Of a stretch of DNA of 38,145 nt, positions 30,773 through 38,145 are shown in pieces. Numbering within the stretch: position 1 is the first letter of the stretch; each line of letters starts with the position of its first letter. Location: contig CAVOEM010000003.1 in NCBI GenBank assembly GCA_963694575.1, positions 1 to 38,145 on the forward strand, given 5' to 3'. The notes beneath the pieces were generated by a model. The model had not been told where the DNA came from, did no database searches, and saw only the letters and a program-made list of their open reading frames with translations. The DNA is from Planctomycetes bacterium UBA1146 (lineage in GTDB: Bacteria > Planctomycetota > UBA8108 > UBA1146). Made by a program: the position numbers and the translations under genes.

Positions 30773-32296
30773 ATGCTTGAAGGACTCACTCGAAGATTTA
30801 CCGATATCGTTGCCGGCCTACGCGGTAGCAAGATCACCGAAGCCACCATGAAGGAGACGGGTCGAGAGATTCGTCGAGCCTTGCTCGAGGCGGATGCCGC
30901 TCTGTCCGTGGTGAAGGACTTCGAGAAGCGGGTCCGAGAAAAGGCGCTCGGTGCGGTGGTGATCGAGGGTGTCGATGCGGGTCAGATGCTGACCAAGATC
31001 GTCCAGGATGAATTGACCGACCTGATGGGGCCGGTCGATCACGAGTTTTCCTGGCGTTCTGGTGGACCGACCGTGGTGCTGTTGTCGGGTCTTCAGGGTA
31101 GCGGAAAAACCACCACCTGCGCGAAGCTCGCCATGTATCTTCGCGACCGCAAGAAACGAAAGCCGATGATGGTGGCGGCAGACCTGCAGAGGCCCGCAGC
31201 GATCGAACAGTTGAAGATTCTGGGTCAGCAAGTGGGAGTGCCGGTGTTTCACCAGCCGGGCCTGACCCCTCCAGAGGTGTGCAAGGCAGCGCTTGAGGAG
31301 GCCAAGAAGCTCAAATGCGATGTGGTGCTGCTCGACACCGCTGGTCGCCTCCATGTCGATGACCACCTGATGGGGGAGCTGAAGCAGATCGCCAGCAAGA
31401 CCTCTCCCGATGAGGTGTTCTTCGTTTGCGATGCGATGACGGGCCAGGATGCGGTGAAGTCTGCCGAGGCCTTCTCTCAATCGATTTCTCTGACCGGAGT
31501 GATTCTCACCAAGCTTGACGGAGATGCCCGCGGTGGTGCGGCGCTTTCGGTCAAGGCGATCACCGGAAAACCGATCAAGTTCATCGGAGTGGGCGAAAAG
31601 CTCGACCGACTCGAAGAATTCCATCCCGATCGGATGGCCTCCAGAATTCTCGGCATGGGAGACGTGGTCGGCCTGGTCGATCGCGCCCAGCAGGTGATCG
31701 ATGAGGATGAACAAGTTGCGATGCAGGAAAAGATGCTCGCGGCCAAGTTTGATCTCGAGGACTTTCTCTCACAACTGCGCCAGATCAAGAAGATGGGCAG
31801 CCTGAAGGACCTGTTGAGTCATCTTCCAGGACTGGGAGGCCGTGTCGACGAACTGGATGTCAAGGGCGATGAAATCCAGGTGGTCGAGAGTGTCATCCAG
31901 TCGATGACCAAGAAGGAGCGGCAGCGACCAGAAATCATCAACACCAGTCGCCGCCGCAGGATCGCTGCTGGCGCCGGTCGGACCCTGGAGGATGTCACTG
32001 GACTGCTGCGTCAGTTCAAGCAGATGCAGGGGATGATGGAGCAGATGAAAAAGCACCAGGGCCTGTTCGGCAAGATGAAGGGAATGCGGGAGATGAAGGA
32101 TGCGATCGCCGGGGGCGAAGGGGATCCCGCCGCGATGGCTCCAGGGGTGTTGCCTCCTGGCATGATGCCTCCGGGACTGGCTCCCCCCTCGGGTCCAGGA
32201 GGGCCGGGGCAGAAGAGAATCGGCCCATCCCTCGACGAAAGACGCAAGAAACGCAAGCAGGAGCGCCAGCGGCGCAAGAACTCGCGTCGCAAATAG
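30773..32296 (+). CDS. ffh: Signal recognition particle protein Ffh
   Basis: ALLEAD, GLQGSGKTT, DTAGR, TKLDGDARGGAALS, RILGMGD, M domain SMTKKER. Confidence 0.98.
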   Translation: MLEGLTRRFTDIVAGLRGSKITEATMKETGREIRRALLEADAALSVVKDFEKRVREKALGAVVIEGVDAGQMLTKIVQDELTDLMGPVDHEFSWRSGGPTVVLLSGLQGSGKTTTCAKLAMYLRDRKKRKPMMVAADLQRPAAIEQLKILGQQVGVPVFHQPGLTPPEVCKAALEEAKKLKCDVVLLDTAGRLHVDDHLMGELKQIASKTSPDEVFFVCDAMTGQDAVKSAEAFSQSISLTGVILTKLDGDARGGAALSVKAITGKPIKFIGVGEKLDRLEEFHPDRMASRILGMGDVVGLVDRAQQVIDEDEQVAMQEKMLAAKFDLEDFLSQLRQIKKMGSLKDLLSHLPGLGGRVDELDVKGDEIQVVESVIQSMTKKERQRPEIINTSRRRRIAAGAGRTLEDVTGLLRQFKQMQGMMEQMKKHQGLFGKMKGMREMKDAIAGGEGDPAAMAPGVLPPGMMPPGLAPPSGPGGPGQKRIGPSLDERRKKRKQERQRRKNSRRK

Positions 32297-32496
32297 CCCC
32301 TTTGGCCGCAAAATTGGCCGAATCTGACCGATAAATCCCCGGGCAGTGTTGATGGATCGTGGCCTCCCCTGTAATTTCAGCGTTCCCCTCTGATGGAGGG
32401 ATTGTGGATCTGGGGCAATCGGTCGGCAGATCTCGTTCTAGAACTTTGATTTCTCATTCGGGTCAACCCCGGAGTGTACGGCTGGAGAAGATAGGT

Positions 32497-32823
32497 ATGG
32501 CGGTAGCAATCCGTCTCAAGCGCTGTGGAAGACGCCATCGGCCCTTCTATCGCATCGAGGCCATCGAGAAGAGAAACGCCCGAGGCGGAAGATCTCTTGA
32601 AACGGTGGGCTGGTACGACCCGATGGTCGATGACGCCCAGAAACGCGTGAAGTTGCACGAGGATCGGATCCAGTACTGGATCGACAAGGGAGCCCGACCG
32701 AGCGACACGGTCACTTCTTTCCTGCGCAAGTCGAACGTGAAGTGGGGAACGCCGGGGCAGAAGAAGAGCCGCAGGGCGCAGCAGCGCGCAAAGAAGAAGA
32801 ATTCTGGTGGTAGTGCCGCCTGA
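32497..32823 (+). CDS. rpsP: 30S ribosomal protein S16
   Basis: MAVAIRLKRCGRRHRPFYRI...GWYDP...YWIDKGARPSDTV. Confidence 0.96.
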   Translation: MAVAIRLKRCGRRHRPFYRIEAIEKRNARGGRSLETVGWYDPMVDDAQKRVKLHEDRIQYWIDKGARPSDTVTSFLRKSNVKWGTPGQKKSRRAQQRAKKKNSGGSAA

Positions 32824-32845
32824 AGGATCTCGTTCGGAGTTGCCG

Positions 32846-33658
32846 GTGCAGATCGACATCCTGACGATCTTTCCGCACTTCTTCGATCAGTTCCTGCGTC
32901 ACGGCATGGTGCGAGTGGCCCGTCAGACAGGCCGTTTGGATGTCCGGATCACGGACCTTCGCGCATACGCCGAGGATCGACACCGAACCGTCGACGATCG
33001 TCCCTACGGGGGTGGACCCGGGATGCTCCTGAAGCCGGAGCCAGTGTTTCGAGCGCTCGACGCGCTGGGACTCGCTGCGGGCGCCACTGCTCCGGAGGGA
33101 ACGTTACCACTGTTGATGTGCCCGCGGGGGCAGCAACTGGGGCAACAAGATCTGGAGCAATTTTCCGGCGCTCGCCGCTGGATCATCCTGTGCGGTCGGT
33201 ATGAAGGATATGACGAACGAATCGTCGAGGCCTACCCGTGGAGACGGGTGTCATTGGGAGACTACGTTCTCTCCGGTGGCGAGGTTCCGGCGATGGCGAT
33301 CATCGAGGGCGCCATCCGGCTATTGCCAGGAGTCCTCGGGGATGGGGAATCGGCACTGCGCGATTCCTTCAATGAGTGGACCGGGCCGGAGGGTCTGGAC
33401 CACGCACACTGGACTCGCCCTCCCCAGTACCGGGGGCGAGGGGTTCCGGAGGTGTTGCTCAGTGGCGACCACGGAGCGATCGAGAAGTGGCGACGCGAAA
33501 ATTCGAAGCAGCAGCGCTCGAATCGGTTACAAGCCACGAGGGGTACGAATCATGAATCGGTGAACTCGGGTGAACCCGGGGAATCACCAGCGAGAATTAC
33601 AGATGGCGCAGCCTTCAAAGAGGTCCCGGGAGAAAACGATGTCGAACAAGATCAGTGA
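32846..33658 (+). CDS. trmD: tRNA (guanine-N1)-methyltransferase
   Basis: [53 protein letters not shown] 32846; low-complexity tail overlaps the rplS start. Confidence 0.96.
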   Translation: MQIDILTIFPHFFDQFLRHGMVRVARQTGRLDVRITDLRAYAEDRHRTVDDRPYGGGPGMLLKPEPVFRALDALGLAAGATAPEGTLPLLMCPRGQQLGQQDLEQFSGARRWIILCGRYEGYDERIVEAYPWRRVSLGDYVLSGGEVPAMAIIEGAIRLLPGVLGDGESALRDSFNEWTGPEGLDHAHWTRPPQYRGRGVPEVLLSGDHGAIEKWRRENSKQQRSNRLQATRGTNHESVNSGEPGESPARITDGAAFKEVPGENDVEQDQ

Positions 33659-34004
33659 ATTCGAGAAGGACAAGGTCAGGGAAGAAGCTCTCGCGGAGTT
33701 CCACGTGGGAGACACCATCGATGTGCACGTGAGAATTGTCGAGGGTGAAAAGCAGCGCGTTCAGATCTTCAACGGGACGGTGATTGGCCGCAAGAAGCGC
33801 GGTAGCCGTTCTGCGTTCACGGTTCGCAGAATCGTGGCCGGCGAAGGAGTCGAACGTACTTTCCCCCTGCACTCTCCGTGGATCGAAAAGATCGAGGTGA
33901 AGAGGCTCGGACGGGTGCGTCGTGCCAAGCTGTACTACCTCAGGGAGCGCATCGGAAAAGCGACCAAGGTGCGCGAGAAGGTCGCCCTTCGACGCAATAG
34001 GTAA
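33639..34004 (+). CDS. rplS: 50S ribosomal protein L19
   Basis: [48 protein letters not shown] 33639 after GGGAG. Confidence 0.97.
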   Translation: MSNKISEFEKDKVREEALAEFHVGDTIDVHVRIVEGEKQRVQIFNGTVIGRKKRGSRSAFTVRRIVAGEGVERTFPLHSPWIEKIEVKRLGRVRRAKLYYLRERIGKATKVREKVALRRNR

Positions 34005-34051
34005 GATTGCCGGGGTAACTGCGCCCCACAGGGATGGGAGGATGCACTCCT

Positions 34052-34483
34052 TTGGCCCGACGAGAATCCAGAAGACCCCCTCCGAGTGGCCGCTTTCGGC
34101 CTTCGGCGGGGTTTTTTCTTTCTCCGTCCGCTTCCGGACGATGGGCTGAGCGCTGGGTCCGCGGCATCCTGAGACTCCGTGGCTGGAGAATCCTCGGGAG
34201 CAATGTGCGAACTCCTTTTTGCGAGATCGACCTGCTCGCGGTCGAAGGCAAGACCCTGGTTCTGGTCGAGGTCAAGTTCCGCCGCCAACGCCCGCAGTCA
34301 CGACCCCTCTCCCACCGGCAAGCGGATCGACTCAGAAGGGGTGCATTGTGGCTAAAGGCTCGCCGTAGTGGTCACGATGGGGTCAGGATCGATCTGGTTG
34401 AGGTTCATCCTGGCCGCTGGTGGCCGATCTGGCGTATCGAACACCTGCGAGCGGCAGTGGTGGATGGGCCAGATCTGTTTTAA
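34052..34483 (+). CDS. YraN/UPF0102 family PD-(D/E)xK protein
   Basis: GRWAE...GWRILGSNVR...EIDLLA...LVLVEVKFR...RIDLV. Start uncertain (TTG 34052 after GGAGG, or ATG 34034). Confidence 0.85.
   Translation: MARRESRRPPPSGRFRPSAGFFLSPSASGRWAERWVRGILRLRGWRILGSNVRTPFCEIDLLAVEGKTLVLVEVKFRRQRPQSRPLSHRQADRLRRGALWLKARRSGHDGVRIDLVEVHPGRWWPIWRIEHLRAAVVDGPDLF
34075..34120 (+). terminator. Intrinsic terminator after rplS
   Basis: CCCC-T-CCGAG-T-GGCCG / CGGCC-TTCGG-C-GGGG stem followed by TTTTTTCTT. Confidence 0.8.
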
Positions 34484-34578
34484 AGAATGCTCCTTTCCAC
34501 GCCACCGGGAGCGTGGAAAATAACAGACGATCGGGACCCGTACGCCGACGGATGACACCCTTGAACAGGAGCCCCATC

Positions 34579-35280
34579 ATGTCAGAGAAGCGCTATTGTG
34601 TGCCACTCCTCGATGAGAGCTGGAAGAGATATTTCGCCCCCGATGATTCCTCATATTTACTGGAGCGAATGGGCCAGGGGAGAATCCGTCAACTGTGGAG
34701 ATGGTTCGAGTCGGAAGAAGGACTCTCTGGCGGGGTCGCGTTGGCTCAAAACGCCCCCGTGTTTGATCTGCTCCTCGATCGTCAGTGCGAGGAACTGAGG
34801 GCCGCGGATCCAGAATCTGAAGGTGATCCACTTTCGCCACCGGCTCTGCTCTCGGGACCGGACTGGGCTCACACTCTTTTTGGCACAGGATTGATGTTCG
34901 GTAGCCGCTGGAGAAACCACTACGGCCAGGGTCCATTCGAGCGGGCCCAGGATCTCGATGAGTGGGTTCGATACATTTCCCAGGTCGACTGGGTCGCCGA
35001 GGTCAAGAAGGAACGAGACGCAGGAAGTGGGCCAGATTACCAACCGCTCGCCGTCACTGCGGCGTTGTTGCGGAGAGAACCACTGCTGGCGCTGCCCATC
35101 GATGCTCTGAGAAAACTGGTGGCCGGAGAAACATCCTGGGTGCAGTGGTGCCATGAGATTCCTGCGGAGGCGAGGGTTTTGTTTTTTCTCGGTGGAGCCG
35201 CATCAGGGATCGAGATCCCCGGACTCGAAGAGGGGGAACGATCGACTCCTCAGCAGGCAGAAGTCTCTTCTGACCAGTGA
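34579..35280 (+). CDS. Hypothetical protein
   Basis: 233-aa ORF with AGGAG RBS (34567-34571), filling the gap up to a convergent stop; no family recognised. Confidence 0.7.
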   Translation: MSEKRYCVPLLDESWKRYFAPDDSSYLLERMGQGRIRQLWRWFESEEGLSGGVALAQNAPVFDLLLDRQCEELRAADPESEGDPLSPPALLSGPDWAHTLFGTGLMFGSRWRNHYGQGPFERAQDLDEWVRYISQVDWVAEVKKERDAGSGPDYQPLAVTAALLRREPLLALPIDALRKLVAGETSWVQWCHEIPAEARVLFFLGGAASGIEIPGLEEGERSTPQQAEVSSDQ

Positions 35281-36432
35281 TCAGGGGCAGTTGTCGAGCA
35301 GGCAGTCGAGTGCGACAGGCGCACTGGCGCAGCGGTTCAAAGGAGCCGCCGGCGCTGGGCCGGAAGAGAACAGGTAGCCCAGCAGGTAGATTCCATCCGA
35401 AACATCCAGACTCGTATCCGAGTTGCAGTTGGCAGCCTCACGGCAATCCAGCGTGCCGTTGCTGAACAGGTAGACCAGCAGCATGACCACATCCGAGAGG
35501 TCGAGGTCCTGGTCTCCGTTGCTATCTCCACGGATGAACCGGGGAAGCACAGCGGTTGGAATCTTCGGGTGATCGAGGAAATGCTGGAAGATGAGGGGGC
35601 TCATCTGGGAGCTGGGTGTTGGAAGATGGCTACCCAGAAGGATCGACCACAGCTCCACTGACCCATTGGGGTCACAGCCATTTTCCCAGCGATCCACGGT
35701 GGTTTCATTTCCAAACAGCAAGCCATCCAGGTTGATATTGCTTCCTGAAACTGGCGTGCCGAAGCAGTTGTTCCTGGCAGCCCACTGCGTGCAAGTATTC
35801 ATCGCGGATGGATAGGGAGCGTCGAGAACCCCGCCGTAGTAACTGACGATGGCATCGAAAGTCCCATGAATCTGGAGAATGTGTACCGGGGTGGTTGCGT
35901 TGCAGTTGAGTGGATCGGAGAAAACTGCTCCGGCGAAACTGGCGATGGAGGCGAATCGATCGGGATATTCGCAGGCCAATCGATGCGCCATGAATCCTCC
36001 GTTGGAATGGCCCACCAGGTGAACACGGTCAGGATCGACGTTGTACTCCGCCTCGATCATGTCGAGCAGGGTTGTGAGGTAACCGACATCGTCGTATCCC
36101 GCATTGTCAAAATCACAGCACGCCTCCGTCGCATTCCAGAAGCGAAGTCCGAGACTGTCGAGGGATCCATCCGGATAGAGATAGATGAACCCGTTCTGTT
36201 CAGCGAGCTGAGAAAATCCGAAGTAGGCCTCGATGGTGTCACCACTGAAACTGTATCCATGAAGGCCCATCAGGATCGGAGTGGGGATGGAAGGGTCATA
36301 ACTTGAGGGGATGTACACGGCTACATCTCCTCGACCTGCATCCAGCAAGTCGACACTCTGGGCGATCGAGGTGGAGGCGATACAGGTGAAGGACACGAGC
36401 AGCGCACAGATCCAATGAAATTGATAATTCAT
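35281..36432 (-). CDS. Secreted LpqC/PHB-depolymerase-family esterase with C-terminal dockerin-like domain
   Basis: Signal peptide ending SIA-Q, LHG oxyanion motif, WNATEACC, DDVGYL, GHSNGG nucleophile, HGTFD, GSH. Tail FIRGDSNGDQDLDLSD...NSDTSLDVSD. Start ATG 36432. Confidence 0.88.
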   Translation of the reverse strand: MNYQFHWICALLVSFTCIASTSIAQSVDLLDAGRGDVAVYIPSSYDPSIPTPILMGLHGYSFSGDTIEAYFGFSQLAEQNGFIYLYPDGSLDSLGLRFWNATEACCDFDNAGYDDVGYLTTLLDMIEAEYNVDPDRVHLVGHSNGGFMAHRLACEYPDRFASIASFAGAVFSDPLNCNATTPVHILQIHGTFDAIVSYYGGVLDAPYPSAMNTCTQWAARNNCFGTPVSGSNINLDGLLFGNETTVDRWENGCDPNGSVELWSILLGSHLPTPSSQMSPLIFQHFLDHPKIPTAVLPRFIRGDSNGDQDLDLSDVVMLLVYLFSNGTLDCREAANCNSDTSLDVSDGIYLLGYLFSSGPAPAAPLNRCASAPVALDCLLDNCP

Positions 36433-36476
36433 GGTTCCATCATACCGACAGGTTTTCAGTGTGGGGATAAAAAGGC

Positions 36477-36908
36477 TTACGGATCCATGGTGTTTCTGTG
36501 GTGGATTCGTGCCGACCTGGCGAGGAAAGTCGCAACACAAAGACCGATGGCGAGCAGCGAAGAAATACCGGTCTCGAAGATCACCTGGAGTCGATCGACC
36601 TGGGACAATTGCCACCAGCTGGATGCGTCGAGGATGGCAAAGCGATGGATGAGTAATGCGGCATGAAGAAACAGCACGATGATCGCTGGAAATCTGGCAC
36701 CTGGTGCACGGAAGAGTAATTGTAAAGAGAGCAAGATGCAGAAGGATCCGAGCACGATATCGGTGAGCCGAAAGGGTGGGTGGAACTCCGATGGGCCGCT
36801 GAAAATTGCTTCGAAGATCCACACTACGCCTCGGGTCAGCAGCCATCCTGACGCCACCAAGGTGATAATTCTAGCGGGTGAAGCAGAGCGAGGTGGATCC
36901 AGGTTCAT
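36477..36908 (-). CDS. Hypothetical membrane protein (about 4 TM)
   Basis: Four hydrophobic segments; co-oriented with the esterase; ATG 36908 with GGAG upstream. Confidence 0.6.
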   Translation of the reverse strand: MNLDPPRSASPARIITLVASGWLLTRGVVWIFEAIFSGPSEFHPPFRLTDIVLGSFCILLSLQLLFRAPGARFPAIIVLFLHAALLIHRFAILDASSWWQLSQVDRLQVIFETGISSLLAIGLCVATFLARSARIHHRNTMDP

Positions 36909-37055
36909 GGGTGGTTGTGCTCCACTTCGTATCGCTCCCACCGGGGGAGTGCCCAGAGTATGCTAAGGGGACACGGCACAGGATGCTGCCTTTTCCAGCG
37001 AGTTCATGGGATCGGACCTGATAACAGGTAGTGCGTGTCTGGGAGAATAGGTTTC

Positions 37056-37952
37056 GTGATCAACAAGGCAATTGTCGCACTGCTTCCCCTGGTTCCACGC
37101 TCGTTGGTGTGGAAAGTTTCTCGACGCTACATCGCAGGAAAGTCCCTGGATGATGCGCTTCGCTGTGTTGAAAAGCTCAACGAAGCGGGGATGAGTGCAA
37201 CCCTGGATGTGCTTGGCGAGGACACCACTGATCATTCGGAGGCGCTCGCCGGGGAGCGGATCTACCAGGAATCTCTGCGGGAGATCTCGAGTAGAGGGCT
37301 GGATGCCAACATATCGGTGAAATTGTCGATGTTGGGATTGAAATTTGATGCGCCACTTTGCGAATCGATCGTGATGCGGCTGTTGCAATCGGCAGAGCTA
37401 TACGACAACTACGTTCGCATGGACATGGAAGACTCCTCCGTGACCGGAATTACCCTCGACCTCTACAGGAAGTTGAGAAGCCAGTCCGATCGTATCGGGG
37501 CCGTGGTCCAGTCTTATCTTCGCAGCACCGAGTCTTCGGTTGCGGAGTTGCTCTCCGGCGGGGCCACCAACCTCAGGCTCTGTAAGGGAATCTACGTGGA
37601 ACCGGAAGAGATCGCCTTCAAGGAGTTTGAAGAAGTACAGGATTCGTTTCGAGCGACACTTCGACTGTTGCTCGAGAATGGCGCGCATCGAGTTGGGATC
37701 GCAACCCATGATCCGCAACTGGTTCTTTCCGCTCTTGAGATGCTCAAGGAACTGGAAATCCCCAAGGAAAGATATGAATTCCAGATGTTGCTGGGAGTTG
37801 CAGAGAAGATGCGAGGAGATCTTGTCGCCGCAGGCCATCCTCTGAGAGTCTATGTTCCCTTCGGCGAGGAGTGGTATGCCTATTCCACCCGGAGACTCAG
37901 GGAGAACCCTCAGATCGCAGGGCACGTCGTGAAGAATCTGTTCAGAGGATGA
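37056..37952 (+). CDS. Monofunctional proline dehydrogenase
   Basis: RYIAG, TLDVLGE, SVKLS, RMDMED, QSYLR, RLCKGIY, IATHD, EFQMLLG, RVYVPFG..WYAYSTRRLRENP. Confidence 0.95.
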   Translation: MINKAIVALLPLVPRSLVWKVSRRYIAGKSLDDALRCVEKLNEAGMSATLDVLGEDTTDHSEALAGERIYQESLREISSRGLDANISVKLSMLGLKFDAPLCESIVMRLLQSAELYDNYVRMDMEDSSVTGITLDLYRKLRSQSDRIGAVVQSYLRSTESSVAELLSGGATNLRLCKGIYVEPEEIAFKEFEEVQDSFRATLRLLLENGAHRVGIATHDPQLVLSALEMLKELEIPKERYEFQMLLGVAEKMRGDLVAAGHPLRVYVPFGEEWYAYSTRRLRENPQIAGHVVKNLFRG

Positions 37953-38145
37953 GTTCCAGGAAGACACCGGCGAAGCGCCACCAGTGGTGGAGTCCAGGAG
38001 ATGAAAGACTGGCGCCCATCGCTTCGTTGAAGCATGCCAGCAGGTTGATCGGCGATTACCCGGCAACGGGGACCTTGCAGCAACAGTTCAAGGATCAGAT
38101 CCTCGAGATGTGTAATTTTCACCCACGTTTGCTCGATCGAGATTG
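37910..38145 (-). CDS. Possible 3' end of a gene entering from the right edge
   Basis: The frame of ORF 37910..38122 stays open to the window edge (ISIEQTWVKITHLEDLILELLL...). Overlaps proline dehydrogenase by 43 nt; no recognisable motif. Confidence 0.3.
   Translation of the reverse strand, partial: ISIEQTWVKITHLEDLILELLLQGPRCRVIADQPAGMLQRSDGRQSFISWTPPLVALRRCLPGTHPLNRFFTTCPAI

Noticed and set aside
18962-31714. Long antisense ORFs (18962..20023, 21393..22193, 22394..23191, 27540..28514, 30818..31714; likewise 7779..8633)
   Set aside because: Shadow frames opposite well-supported genes, expected from codon bias in GC-rich DNA.
32100-32296. Pro/Gly/Met-rich and basic C-terminal tail of Ffh
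   Set aside because: Low-complexity M-domain extensions are common in Ffh.
32297-32496. SRP (4.5S) RNA next to ffh
   Set aside because: Only short hairpins; the conserved SRP domain IV motif with its GGAA tetraloop is not present.

Overview
Bacterial chromosomal window of moderately high GC that almost certainly spans the replication origin. The organism is inferred to be PVC superphylum, most likely Planctomycetota. This rests on the GyrA HPHGESVIYP motif, the dnaN-DUF721-gyrB order, the rpmE-prfA-prmC-(murA)-ffh-rpsP-trmD-rplS order without rimM, and a planctomycete-style dockerin-like tail. The left arm starts with a partial lipoprotein gene and a plus-strand yjbQ-mscS-pseudo-receiver cluster. 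It continues on the minus strand with a three-gene XPB helicase operon, gyrA, panE, panB, gyrB, DUF721/DciA, dnaN, an oriC-like spacer with DnaA boxes, and dnaA. The centre holds tRNA-Ser(GCT), a 13-bp x 19 tandem array with a 104-bp higher-order period, a fabZ-like gene, a STAS-receiver-anti-sigma kinase fusion and tRNA-Gly(GCC). The right arm, mostly plus strand, holds tig-clpP-clpX, an FHA-GAF-adenylate cyclase, the translation/SRP cluster with murA, yraN, a secreted esterase with a dockerin-like tail, and proline dehydrogenase. Most of this is core housekeeping; no CRISPR array, transposase or integrase is visible. The best leads are the all-in-one partner-switching protein, the origin-proximal array, the XPB operon with an unknown coupled third gene, an 11-bp-phased operator between dnaA and tRNA-Ser, structured leaders on dnaN and rpmE, and a ClpP with an altered oligomerisation sensor. 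All calls come from reading motifs by eye; no searches were run.
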